From Eledone cirrhosa (lineage: Eukaryota), in NCBI GenBank assembly GCA_964016885.1, contig OZ024740.1, forward strand, positions 425,754,001-425,818,000: a stretch of 64,000 bases of DNA. Reading direction: 5' to 3'. Both the position numbers and the translations under genes were made by a program. Under the pieces are notes generated by a model. It had not been told where the DNA came from and searched no databases. It saw only the letters and a list, made by a program, of their open reading frames with translations. Numbering within the stretch: position 1 is the stretch's first letter; each line of letters begins with the position of its first letter. Shown one piece after another: positions 13,101 to 28,100 of the stretch.

Positions 13101-16100
13101 CATCTATACAGCCTTCAATAGCCTATTTCTCTAACCACATACCCCACCCATGTTCCCCATCTATACCAGCCTTCAATAGCCTATTTCTCTAACCACATAC
13201 CCCACCCACGTTCCCCATCTATACAGCCTTCAATAGCCTATTTCTCTAACCACATACCCCACCCACGTTCCCCATCTATACAGCCTTCAATAGCCTATTT
13301 CTCTAACCACATACCCCACCTACCGTTCCCCATCTATACAGCCTTCAATAGCCTATTTCTCTAACCACATACCCCACCTCGTTCCCCATCTATACAGCTT
13401 CAATAGCCTATTTCTCTAACCACATACCCACCCTCGTTCCCCATCTATACAGCCTTCAATAGCCTATTTCTCTCAACCACATACCCCCACCGACGTTCCC
13501 CATCTATACAGCCTTCAATAGCCTATTTCTCTAACCACATACCCACCTCCATGTTCCCCCATCTATACAGCCTTCAATAGCCTATTTCTCTAACCACATA
13601 ACCCCAACCTCCCCGTTCCCCATCTATACAGCCTTCAATAGCCTATTTCTCTAACCACATACCCCACCCACGATCCCCATCTATACAGCCTTCAATAGCC
13701 TATTTCTCTAACCACTACACCACCTCCCGTTCCCCATCTATACAGCCTTCAATAGCCTATTTCTCTAACCACATACCCCACCCACGTTCCCATCTATACA
13801 GCCTTCAATAGCCTATTTCTCTAACCACATACCCCACCCACGTTCCCCATCTATACAGCCTTCAATAGCCTATTTCTCTAACCACATACCCCACCTCCCG
13901 TTCCCCATCTATACAGCCTTCAATAGCTTATTTCTCTAACCACATACCCCACCTCCCGTTCCCCATCTATACAGCCTTCAATAGCCTATTTTCTCTAACC
14001 ACATTACCCCACCCACGTTCCCCAACATCTATACAGCCTTCAATAGCCTAATTCTCTAACCACATACCCCACCTCCCGTTCCCCATCTATACAGCCTTCA
14101 ATAGCCTTATTTCTCTAACCACATACCCCACCCACCGTTCCCCATCTATACAGCCTTCAATAGCCTATTTCTCTAACCACATACCCCAACCATCCCGTTC
14201 CCCATCTATACAGCCCTTCAATAGCTTATTTCTCTAACCACATACCCCACCACGTTCCCCATCTATACAGCTTCAATAGCCTATTTCTCTAACCACATAC
14301 CCCACCCCACGTTCCACCATCTATACAGCCTTCAATAGCCTATTTCTCTAACCACATACCCCACCTCCCGTTCCCCATCTATACAGCCTTCAATAGCTTA
14401 TTTCTCTAACCACATACCCCCACCACTCCCGTTGTTCCCCATCTATACAGCCTTCAATAGCCTATTTCTCTAACCACATACCCCACCCACGTTCCCCATC
14501 TATACAGCCTTCAATAGCCTATTTCTCTAACCACTACACCACCTCCCGTTCCCCATCTATACAGCCTTCAATAGCCTATTTCTCTAACCACATACCCCAC
14601 CTCCCGTTCCCCATCTATACAGCCTTCAATAGCCTATTTCTCTAACCACATACCCCACCCACGTTCCCCATCTATACAGCCTTCAATAGCCTATTTCTCT
14701 AACCACTACAACACCTCCCGTTCCCCATCTATACAGCCTTCAATAGCCTATTTCTCTAACCACATACCCCACCTCCCGTTCCCCATCTATACAGCCTTCA
14801 ATAGCCTATTTCTCTAACCACATACCCCACCCACGTTCCCCATCTATACAGCCTTCAATAGCCTATTTCTCTAACCACATACCCCACCTCCCGTTCCCCA
14901 TCTATACAGCCTTCAATAGCCTATTTCTCTAACCACATACCCCACCTCCCGTTCCCCATCTATACAGCCTTCAATAGCTTATTTCTCTAACCACATACCC
15001 CACCCACGTTCCCCATCTATACAGCCTTCAATAGCCTATTTCTCTAACCACTACACCACCTCCCGTTCCCCATCTATACAGCCTTCAATAGCTTATTTCT
15101 CTAACCACATACCCCACCCACGTTCCCCATCTATACAGCCTTCAATAGCCTATTTCTCTAACCACTACAGCACCTCCCGTTCCCCATCTATACAGCCTTC
15201 AATAGCCTATTTCTCTAACCACATACCCCACCCACGTTCCCCATCTATACAGCCTTCAATAGCCTATTTCTCTAACCACATACCCCACCCACGTTCCCCA
15301 TCTATACAGCCTTCAATAGCCTATTTCTCTAACCACATACCCCACCCACGTTCCCCATCTATACAGCCTTCAATAGCCTATTTCTCTAACCACTACAACA
15401 CCTCCCGTTCCCCATCTATACAGCCTTCAATAGCCTATTTCTCTAACCACATACCCCACCCACGTTCCCCATCTATACAGCCTTCAATAGCTTATTTCTC
15501 TAACCACATACCCCACCTCCCGTTCCCCATCTATACAGCCTTCAATAGCCTATTTCTCTAACCACATACCCCACCCACGTTCCCCATCTATACAGCCTTC
15601 AATAGCCTATTTCTCTAACCACTACACCACCTCCCGTTCCCCATCTATACAGCCTTCAATAGCCTATTTCTCTAACCACATACCCCACCTCCCGTTCCCC
15701 ATCTATACAGCCTTCAATAGCCTATTTCTCTAACCACATACCCCACCTTCCGTTCCCCATCTATACAGCCTTCAATAGCCTATTTCTCTAACCACATACC
15801 CCACCCACGTCCCCCATCTATACAGCCTTCAATAGCCTATTTCTCTAACCACATACCCCACCCACGTTCCCCATCTATACAGCCTTCAATAGCCTATTTC
15901 TCTAACCACATACCCCACCCACGTTCCCCATCTATACAGCCTTCAATAGCCTATTTCTCTAACCACTACACCACCTCCTGTTCCCCATCTATACAGCCTT
16001 CAATAGCCTATTTCTCTAACCACATACCCCACCTCCTGTTCCCCATCTATACAGCCTTCAATAGCCTATTTCTCTAACCACATACCCCACACACGTTCCC

Positions 16101-19100
16101 CATCTATACAGCCTTCAATAGCTTATTTCTCTAACCACATACCCCACCCACGTTCCCCATCTATACAGCCTTCAATAGCCTATTTCTCTAACCACTACAC
16201 CACCTCCCGTTCCCCATCTATACATCCTTCAATAGCCTATTTCTCTAACCACATACCCCACCCACGTTCCCCATCTATACAGCCTTCAATAGCCTATTTC
16301 TCTAACCACATACCCCACCCACGTTCCCCATCTATACAGCCTTCAATAGCCTATTTCTCTAACCACATACCCCACGACGTTCCCCATCTATACAGCCTTC
16401 AATAGCCTATTTCTCTAACCACATACCCCACCCATGTTCCCCATCTATACAGCCTTCAAAAGCCTATTTCTCTAACCACATACCCCACCTCCCGTTCCCC
16501 ATCTATTCAGCCTTCAATAGCCTATTTCTCTAACCACATACCCCACCCACGATCCCCATCTATACAGCCTTCAATAGCCTATTTCTCTAACCACTACACC
16601 ACCTCCCGTTCCCCATCTATACAGCCTTCAATAGCCTATTTCTCTAACCACATACCCCACCCACGTTCCCCATCTATACAGCCTTCAATAGCCTATTTCT
16701 CTAACCACATACCCCACCCACGTTCCCCATCTATACAGCCTTCAATAGCCTATTTCTCCAACCACATACCCCACCCACGTTCCCCATCTATACAGCCTTC
16801 AATAGCCTATTTCTCTAACCACATACCCCACCCACGTTCCCCATCTATACAGCCTTCAATAGCCTATTTCTCTAACCACATACCCCACCCACGTTCCCCA
16901 TCTATACAGCCTTCAATAGCCTATTTCTCTAACCACATACCCCACCCATGTTCCCCATCTATACAGCCTTCAATAGCCTATTTCTCTAACCACTACACCA
17001 CCTCCCGTTCCCCATCTATACAGCCTTCAATAGCCTATTTCTCTAACCACATACCCCACCTCCCGTTCCCCATCTATACAGCCTTCAATAGCCTATTTCT
17101 CTAACCACATACCCCACCTCCCGTTCCCCATCTATACAGCCTTCAATAGCCTATTTCTCTAACCACATACCCCACCCACGTTCCCCATCTATACAGCCTT
17201 CAATAGCTTATTTCTCTAACCACATACCCCACCCACGTTCCCCATCTATACAGCCTTCAATAGCCTATTTCTCTAACCACTACACCACCTCCCGTTCCCC
17301 ATCTATACAGCCTTCAATAGCCTATTTCTCTAACCACATACCCCACCCACGTTCCCCATCTATACAGCCTTCAATAGCCTATTTCTCTAACCACATACCC
17401 CACCCACGTTCCCCATCTATACAGCCTTCAATAGCCTATTTCTCTAACCACATACCCCACGACGTTCCCCATCTATACAGCCTTCAATAGCCTATTTCTC
17501 TAACCACATACCCCACCCACGTTCCCCATCTATACAGCCTTCAATAGCTTATTTCTCTAACCACATACCCCACCTCCCGTTCCCCATCTATACAGCCTTC
17601 AATAGCCTATTTCTCTAACCACATACCCCACCCACGTTCCCCATCTATACAGCCTTCAATAGCCTATTTCTCTAACCACTACACCACCTCCCGTTCCCCA
17701 TCTATACAGCCTTCAATAGCCTATTTCTCTAACCACATACCCCACCCACGTTCCCCATCTATACAGCCTTCAATAGCCTATTTCTCTAACCACATACCCC
17801 ACCCACGTTCCCCATCTATACAGCCTTCAATAGCCTATTTCTCTAACCACATACCCCACCCACGTTCCCCATCTATACAGCCTTCAATAGCCTATTTCTC
17901 TAACCACTACACCACCTCCCGTTCCCCATCTATACAGCCTTCAATAGCCTATTTCTCTAACCACTACACCACCTCCTGTTCCCCATCTATACAGCCTTCA
18001 ATAGCCTATTTCTCTAACCACTACACCACCTCCCGTTCCCCATCTATACAGCCTTCAATAGCCTATTTCTCTAACCACATACCCCATCTCCCGTTCCCCA
18101 TCTATACAGCCTTCAATAGCCTATTTCTCTAACCACATACCCCACCCACGTTCCCCATCTATACAGCCTTCAATAGCCTTTTTCTCTAACCACATACCCC
18201 ACCTCCCGTTCCCCATCTATACAGCCTTCAATAGCCTATTTCTCTAACCACATACCCCACCCACGTTCCCCATCTATACAGCCTTCAATAGCCTATTTCT
18301 CTAACCACATACCCCACCCACGTTCCCCAACTATACAGCCTTCAATAGCCTATTTCTCTAACCACTACACCACCTCCCGTTCCCCATCTATACAGCCTTC
18401 AATAGCCTATTTCTCTAACCACATACCCCACCCACGTTCCCCATCTATACAGCCTTCAATAGCCTATTTCTCTAACCACATACCCCACCCACGTTCCCCA
18501 ACTATACAGCCTTCAATAGCCTATTTCTCTAACCACTACACCACCTCCCGTTCCCCATCTATACAGCCTTCAATAGCCTATTTCTCTAACCACATACCCC
18601 ACCTCCCGTTCCCCATCTATACAGCCTTCAATAGCCTATTTCTCTAACCACTACACCACCTCCTGTTCCCCATCTATACAGCCTTCAATAGCCTATTTCT
18701 CTAACCACATACCCCACCTCCCGTTCCCCATCTATACAGCCTTCAATAGCCTATTTCTCTAACCACATACCCCACCTCCCGTTCCCCAACTATACAGCCT
18801 TCAATAGCCTATTTCTCTAACCACTACACCACCTCCCGTTCCCCATCTATACAGCCTTCAATAGCCTATTTCTCTAACCACTACACCACCTCCCGTTCCC
18901 CATCTATACAGCCTTCAATAGCCTATTTCTCTAACCACATACCCCACCTCCCGTTCCCCAACTATACAGCCTTCAATAGCCTATTTCTCTAACCACATAC
19001 CCCACCCCCGTTCCCCATCTATACAGCCTTCAATAGCCTATTTCTCTAACCACTACACCACCTCCCGTTCCCCATCTATACAGCCTTCAATAGCCTATTT

Positions 19101-22100
19101 CTCTAACCACATACACCACCTCCCGTTCCCCATCTATACAGCCTTCAATAGCCTATTTCTCTAACCACATACACCACCTCCCGTTCCCCATCTATACAGC
19201 CTTCAATAGCCTATTTCTCTAACCACATACCCCACCCACGTTCCCCATCTATACAGCCTTCAATAGCCTATTTCTCTAACCACATACCCCACCCACGTTC
19301 CCCATCTATACAGCCTTCAATAGCCTATTTCTCTAACCACATACCCCACCTCACGTTCCCCATCTATACAGCCTTCAATAGCCTATTTCTCTAACCACAT
19401 ACCCCACCCACGTTCCCCATCTATACAGCCTTCAATAGCCTATTTCTCTAACCACATACCCCACCCACGTTCCCCATCTATACAGCCTTCAATAGCCTAT
19501 TTCTCTAACCACATACCCCACCTCCCGTTCCCCATCTATACAGCCTTCAATAGCCTATTTCTCTAACCACATACCCCACCTCCCGTTCCCCATCTATACA
19601 GCCTTCAATAGCCTATTTCTCTAACCACATACCCCACCCACGTTCCCCATCTATACAGCCTTCAATAGCCTATTTCTCTAACCACATACCCCACCCACGT
19701 TCCCCATCTATACAGCCTTCAATAGCCTATTTCTCTAACCACATACCCCACCCACGTTCCCCATCTATACAGCCTTCAATAGCCTATTTCTCTAACCACA
19801 TACCCCACCCACGTTCCCCATCTATACAGCCTTCAATAGCCTATTTCTCTAACCACATACCCCACCTCCCGTTCCCCATCTATACAGCCTTCAATAGCCT
19901 ATTTCTCTAACCACATACCCCACCTCCCGTTCCCCATCTATACAGCCTTCAATAGCCTATTTCTCTAACCACATACCCCACCCACGTTCCCCATCTATAC
20001 AGCCTTCAATAGCCTATTTCTCTAACCACATACCCCACCTCCCGTTCCCCATCTATACAGCCTTCAATAGCCTATTTCTCTAACCACATACCCCACCCAC
20101 GTTCCCCATCTATACAGCCTTCAATAGCCTATTTCTCTAACCACATACACCACCTCCCGTTCCCCATCTATACAGCCTTCAATAGCCTATTTCTCTAACC
20201 ACTACACCACCTCCCGTTCCCCATCTATACAGCCTTCAATAGCCTATTTCTCTAACCACATACCCCACCCACGTTCCCCATCTATACAGCCTTCAATAGC
20301 CTATTTCTCTAACCACATACCCCACCCACGTTCCCCATCTATACAGCCTTCAATAGCCTATTTCTCTAACCACATACCCCACCTCCCGTTCCCCATCTAT
20401 ACAGCCTTCAATAGCCTATTTCTCTAACCACATACCCCACCCACGTTCCCCATCTATACAGCCTTCAATAGCCTATTTCTCTAACCACATACCCCACCTC
20501 CCGTTCCCCATCTATACAGCCTTCAATAGCCTATTTCTCTAACCACATACCCCACCCACGTTCCCCATCTATACAGCCTTCAATAGCCTATTTCTCTAAC
20601 CACTACACCACCTCCCGTTCCCCATCTATACAGCCTTCAATAGCCTATTTCTCTAACCACATACCCCACCTCCCGTTCCCCATCTATACAGCCTTCAATA
20701 GCCTATTTCTCTAACCACATACCCCACCTCACGTTCCCCATCTATACAGCCTTCAATAGCCTATTTCTCTAACCACATACCCCACCTCCCGTTCCCCATC
20801 TATACAGCCTTCAATAGCCTATTTCTCTAACCACATACCCCACCCACGTTCCCCATCTATACAGCCTTCAATAGCCTATTTCTCTAACCACTACACCACC
20901 TCCCGTTCCCCATCTATACAGCCTTCAATAGCCTATTTCTCTAACCACATACCCCACCTCCCGTTCCCCATCTATACAGCCTTCAATAGCCTATTTCTCT
21001 AACCACATACCCCACCCACGTTCCCCATCTATACAGCCTTCAATAGCCTATTTCTCTAACCACATACCCCACCTCCCGTTCCCCATCTATACAGCCTTCA
21101 ATAGCCTATTTCTCTAACCACATACCCCACCTCCCGTTCCCCATCTATACAGCCTTCAATAGCCTATTTCTCTAACCACATACCCACCCACGTTCCCCAT
21201 CTATACAGCCTTCAATAGCCTATTTCTCTAACCACATACCCCACCTCCCGTTCCCCATCTATACAGCCTTCAATAGCCTATTTCTCTAACCACATACCCC
21301 ACCCACGTTCCCCATCTATACAGCCTTCAATAGCCTATTTCTCTAACCACTACACCACCTCCCGTTCCCCATCTATACAGCCTTCAATAGCCTATTTCTC
21401 TAACCACATACCCCACCTCCCGTTCCCCATCTATACAGCCTTCAATAGCCTATTTCTCTAACCACATACCCCACCCACGTTCCCCATCTATACAGCCTTC
21501 AATAGCCTATTTCTCTAACCACTACACCACCTCCCGTTCCCCATCTATACAGCCTTCAATAGCCTATTTCTCTAACCACATACCCCACCCACGTTCCCCA
21601 TCTATACAGCCTTCAATAGCCTATTTCTCTAACCACTACCCCACCTCCCGTTCCCCATCTATACAGCCTTCAATAGCCTATTTCTCTAACCACATACCCC
21701 ACCCACGTTCCCCATCTATACAGCCTTCAATAGCCTATTTCTCTAACCACATACCCCACCTCCTGTTCCCCATCTATACAGCCTTCAATAGCCTATTTCT
21801 CTAACCACATACCCCACCTCCCGTTCCCCATCTATACAGCCTTCAATAGCCTATTTCTCTAACCACATACCCCCACCTCCCGTTCCCCATCTATACAGCC
21901 TTCAATAGCCTATTTCTCTAACCACATACCCCACCCACGTTCCCCATCTATACAGCCTTCAATAGCCTATTTCTCTAACCACATACCCCACCTCCCGTTC
22001 CCCATCTATACAGCCTTCAATAGCCTATTTCTCTAACCACATACCCCACCCACGTTCCCCATCTATACAGCCTTCAATAGCCTATTTCTCTAACCACTAC

Positions 22101-25100
22101 ACCACCTCCCGTTCCCCATCTATACAGCCTTCAATAGCCTATTTCTCTAACCACATACCCCACCTCCCGTTCCCCATCTATACAGCCTTCAATAGCCTAT
22201 TTCTCTAACCACATACCCCACCTCCGTTCCCCATCTATACAGCCTTCAATAGCCTATTTCTCTAACCACATACCCCACCCACGTTCCCCCATCTATACAG
22301 CCTTCAATAGCCTATTTCTCTAACCACATACCCCACCCACGTTCCCCATCTATACAGCCTTCAATAGCCTATTTCTCTAACCACATACCCCACCCACGTT
22401 CCCCATCTATACAGCCTTCAATAGCCTATTTCTCTAACCACATACCCCACCTCCGTTCCCCATCTATACAGCCTTCAATAGCCTATTTCTCTAACCACAT
22501 ACCCCACCTCCGTTCCCCATCTATACAGCCTTCAATAGCCTATTTCTCTAACCACATACCCCACCCACGTTCCCCATCTATACAGCCTTCAATAGCTTAT
22601 TTCTCTAACCACATACCCCACCCACGTTCCCCATCTATACAGCCTTCAATAGCCTATTTCTCTAACCACTACACCACCTCCGTTCCCCATCTATACAGCC
22701 TTCAATAGCCTATTTCTCTAACCACATACCCCACCCACGTTCCCCATCTATACAGCCTTCAATAGCCTATTTCTCTAACCACATACCCCACCCACGTTCC
22801 CCATCTATACAGCCTTCAATAGCCTATTTCTCTAACCACATACCCCACCACGTTCCCCATCTATACAGCCTTCAATAGCCTATTTCTCTAACCACATACC
22901 CCACCCACGTTCCCCATCTATACAGCCTTCAATAGCCTATTTCTCTAACCACATACCCCACCTCCCGTTCCCCATCTATACAGCCTTCAATAGCCTATTT
23001 CTCTAACCACATACCCCACCCACGTTCCCCATCTATACAGCCTTCAATAGCCTATTTCTCTAACCACTACACCACCTCCCGTTCCCCATCTATACAGCCT
23101 TCAATAGCCTATTTCTCTAACCACATACCCCACCCACGTTCCCCATCTATACAGCCTTCAATAGCCTATTTCTCTAACCACATACCCCACCCACGTTCCC
23201 CATCTATACAGCCTTCAATAGCCTATTTCTCTAACCACATACCCCACCCACGTTCCCCATCTATACAGCCTTCAATAGCCTATTTCTCTAACCACATACC
23301 CCACCCACGTTCCCCATCTATACAGCCTTCAATAGCCTATTTCTCTAACCACATACCCCACCCACGTTCCCCATCTATACAGCCTTCAATAGCCTATTTC
23401 TCTAACCACATACCCCACCCACGTTCCCCATCTATACAGCCTTCAATAGCCTATTTCTCTAACCACATACCCCACCTCCCGTTCCCCATCTATACAGCCT
23501 TCAATAGCCTATTTCTCTAACCACATACCCCACCCACGTTCCCCATCTATACAGCCTTCAATAGCCTATTTCTCTAACCACATACCCCACCCACGTTCCC
23601 CATCTATACAGCCTTCAATAGCCTATTTCTCTAACCACATACCCCACCCACGTTCCCCATCTATACAGCCTTCAATAGCCTATTTCTCTAACCACATACC
23701 CCACCTCACGTTCCCCATCTATACAGCCTTCAATAGCCTATTTCTCTAACCACTACACCACCTCCCGTTCCCCATCTATACAGCCTTCAATAGCCTATTT
23801 CTCTAACCACATACCCCACCCACGTTCCCCATCTATACAGCCTTCAATAGCCTATTTCTCTAACCACATACCCCACCCACGTTCCCCATCTATACAGCCT
23901 TCAATAGCCTATTTCTCTAACCACATACCCCACCCACGTTCCCCATCTATACAGCCTTCAATAGCCTATTTCTCTAACCACATACCCCACCCACGTTCCC
24001 CATCTATACAGCCTTCAATAGCCTATTTCTCTAACCACATACCCCACCTCCCGTTCCCCATCTATACAGCCTTCAATAGCCTATTTCTCTAACCACATAC
24101 CCCACCCACGTTCCCCATCTATACAGCCTTCAATAGCCTATTTCTCTAACCACTACACCACCTCCCGTTCCCCATCTATACAGCCTTCAATAGCCTATTT
24201 CTCTAACCACATACCCCACCCACGTTCCCCATCTATACAGCCTTCAATAGCCTATTTCTCTAACCACATACCCCACCCACGTTCCCCATCTATACAGCCT
24301 TCAATAGCCTATTTCTCTAACCACATACCCCACCCACGTTCCCCATCTATACAGCCTTCAATAGCCTATTTCTCTAACCACATACCCCACCTCCCGTTCC
24401 CCATCTATACAGCCTTCAATAGCCTATTTCTCTAACCACATACCCCACCTCCCGTTCCCCATCTATACAGCCTTCAATAGCCTATTTCTCTAACCACATA
24501 CCCCACCTCCCGTTCCCCATCTATACAGCCTTCAATAGCCTATTTCTCTAACCACATACCCCACCCACGTTCCCCATCTATACAGCCTTCAATAGCCTAT
24601 TTCTCTAACCACATACCCCACCCACGTTCCCCATCTATACAGCCTTCAATAGCCTATTTCTCTAACCACATACCCCACCCACGTTCCCCATCTATACAGC
24701 CTTCAATAGCCTATTTCTCTAACCACATACCCCACCCACGTTCCCCATCTATACAGCCTTCAATAGCCTATTTCTCTAACCACATACCCCACCCTCGTTC
24801 CCCATCTATACAGCCTTCAATAGCCTATTTCTCTAACCACATACCCACCTCCGTTCCCCATCTATACAGCCTTCAATAGCCTATTTCTCTAACCACATAC
24901 CCCACCCACGTTCCCCATCTATACAGCCTTCAATAGCCTATTTCTCTAACCACATACCCCACCCACGTTCCCCATCTATACAGCCTTCANNNNNNNNNNN
25001 NNNNNNNNNNNNNNNNNNNNNNNNNNNNNNNNNNNNNNNNNNNNNNNNNNNNNNNNNNNNNNNNNNNNNNNNNNNNNNNNNNNNNNNNNNNNNNNNNNNN

Positions 25101-28100
25101 NNNNNNNNNNNNNNNNNNNNNNNNNNNNNNNNNNNNNNNNNNNNNNNNNNNNNNNNNNNNNNNNNNNNNNNNNNNNNNNNNNNNNNNNNCCACGTTCCCC
25201 ATCTATACAGCCTTCAATAGCTATTTCTCTAACCACATACCCCACCTCCCGTTCCCCATCTATACAGCCTTCAATAGCCTATTTCTCTAACCACATACCC
25301 CACCCACGTTCCCCATCTATACAGCCTTCAATAGCCTATTTCTCTAACCACGACACACCACTCCCGTTCCCCATCTATACAGTCTTCAATAGCCAATTTT
25401 CTCTAACCACATACCCCACCTCCCGTTCCCCATCTATACAGCCTTCAATAGCCTATTTCTCTAACCACATACCCACCTCCCGTTCCCCATCTATACAGCC
25501 TTCAATAGCCAATTTCTCTAACCACATACCCCACCTCCCGTTCCCCATCTATACAGCCTTCAATAGCCTATTTCTCTAACCACATACCCCACCCACGTTC
25601 CCCATCTATACAGCCCTTCAATAGCCTATTTCTCTAACCACTACACCACCTCCCGTTCCCCATCTATACAGCCTTCAATAGCCTATTTCTCTAACCACAT
25701 ACCCCACCTCCCGTTCCCCATCTATACAGCCTTCAATAGCCTATTTCTCTAACCACATACCCCACCACCCGTTCCCCATCTATACAGCCTTCAATAGCCT
25801 ATTTCTCTAACCACATACCCCACCTCACGTTCCCCATCTATACAGCCTTCAATAGCCTATTTCTCTAACCACATACCCCACCTCCCGTTCCCCATCTATA
25901 CAGCCTTCAATAGCCTATTTCTCTAACCACATACCCCACCCACGTTCCCCATCTATACAGCCTGCAATAGCCTATTTCTCTAACCACATACCCCACCCAC
26001 GTTCCCCATCTATACAGCCTTCAATAGCCTATTTCTCTAACCACATACCCCCACCTCCACGTTCCCCATCTATACAGCCTTCAATAGCCTATTTCTCTAA
26101 CCACATACCCCACCTCCCGTTCCCCATCTATACAGCCTTCAATAGCCTATTTCTCTAACCACATACCCCACCCACGTTCCCCATCTATACAGCCTTCAAT
26201 AGCCTATTTCTCTAACCACATACCACACCTCCCGTTCCCCATCTATACAGCCTTCAATAGCCTATTTCTCTAACCACATACCCCACCCACGTTCCCCATC
26301 TATACAGCCTTCAATAGCCTATTTCTCTAACCACTACACCACCTCCCGTTCCCCATCTATACAGCCTTCAATAGCCTATTTCTCTAACCACATTCCCCAC
26401 CCACGTTCCCCATCTATACAGCCTTCAATAGCCTATTTCTCTAACCACATACCCCACCTCCCGTTCCCCATCTATACAGCCTTCAATAGCTTATTTCTCT
26501 AACCACATACCCCACCCACGTTCCCCATCTATACAGCCTTCAATAGCCTATTTCTCTAATCACATACCCCACCCACGTTCCCCATCTATACAGCCTTCAA
26601 TAGCCTATTTCTCTAACCACATACCCCACCTCCCGTTCCCCATCTATACAGCCTTCAATAGCTTATTTCTCTAACCACATACCCCACCCATGTTCCCCAT
26701 CTATACAGCCTTCAATAGCCTATTTCTCTAACCACACACCCCACCCACGTTCCCCATCTATACAGCCTTCAATAGCCTATTTCTCTAACCACATACCCCA
26801 CCCACGTTCCCCATCTATACAGCCTTCAATAGCCTATTTCTCTAACCACATACCCCACCCACGTTCCCCATCTATACAGCCTTCAATAGCCTATTTCTCT
26901 AACCACATACCCCACCCACGTTCCCCATCTATACAGCCTTCAATAGCCTATTTCTCTAACCACATACCCCACCCACGTTCCCCATCTATACAGCCTTCAA
27001 TAGCCTATTTCTCTAACCACATACCCCACCCACGTTCCCCATCTATACAGCCTTCAATAGCCTATTTCTCTAACCACATACACCACCCACGTTCCCCATC
27101 TATACAGCCTTCAATAGCCTATTTCTCTAACCACATACCCCACCCACGTTCCCCATCTATACAGCCTTCAATAGCCTATTTCTCTAACCACATACCCCAC
27201 CCACGTTCCCCATCTATACAAGCCTTCAATAGCCTATTTCTCTAACCACATACCCCACCCATGTTCCCCATCTATACAGCCTTCAATAGCCTATTTCTCT
27301 AACCACATACCCCACCCACGTTCCCCATCTATACAGCCTTCAATAGCCTATTTCTCTAACCACATACCCCACCCACGTTCCCCATCTATACAGCCTTCAA
27401 TAGCCTATTTCTCTAACCACATACCCCACCCACGTTCCCCATCTATACAGCCTTCAATAGCCTATTTCTCTAACCACATACCCACCCACGTTCCCCATCT
27501 ATACAGCCTTCAATAGCTTATTTCTCTAACCACATACCCCACCTCCCGTTCCCCATCTATACAGCCTTCAATAGCCTATTTCTCTAACCACATACCCCAC
27601 CCACGTTCCCCATCTATACAGCCTTCAATAGCTTATTTCTCTAACCACATACCCCAACTCCCGTTCCCCATCTATACAGCCTTCAATAGCCTATTTCTCT
27701 AACCACTACACCACCTCCCGTTCCCCATCTATACAGCCTTCAATAGCCTATTTCTCTAACCACATACCCCACCTCCCGTTCCCCATCTATACAGCCTTCA
27801 ATAGCTTATTTCTCTAACCACATACCCCACCTCCCGTTCACCATCTATACAGCCTTCAATAGCCTATTTCTCTAACCACATACCCCACCCATGTTCCCCA
27901 TCTATACAGCCTTCAATAGTCTATTTCTCTAACCACTACACCACCCACGTTCCCCATCTATACAGCCTTCAATAGCCTATTTCTCTAACCACATACCCCA
28001 CCCACGTTCCCTATCTATACAGCCTTCAATAGCCTATTTCTCTAACCACATACCCCACCCATGTTCCCCATCTATACAGCCTTCAATAGCCTATTTCTCT

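Noticed and set aside
24976-25245. ORFs spanning the gap
   Set aside because: Artefacts of translating N.
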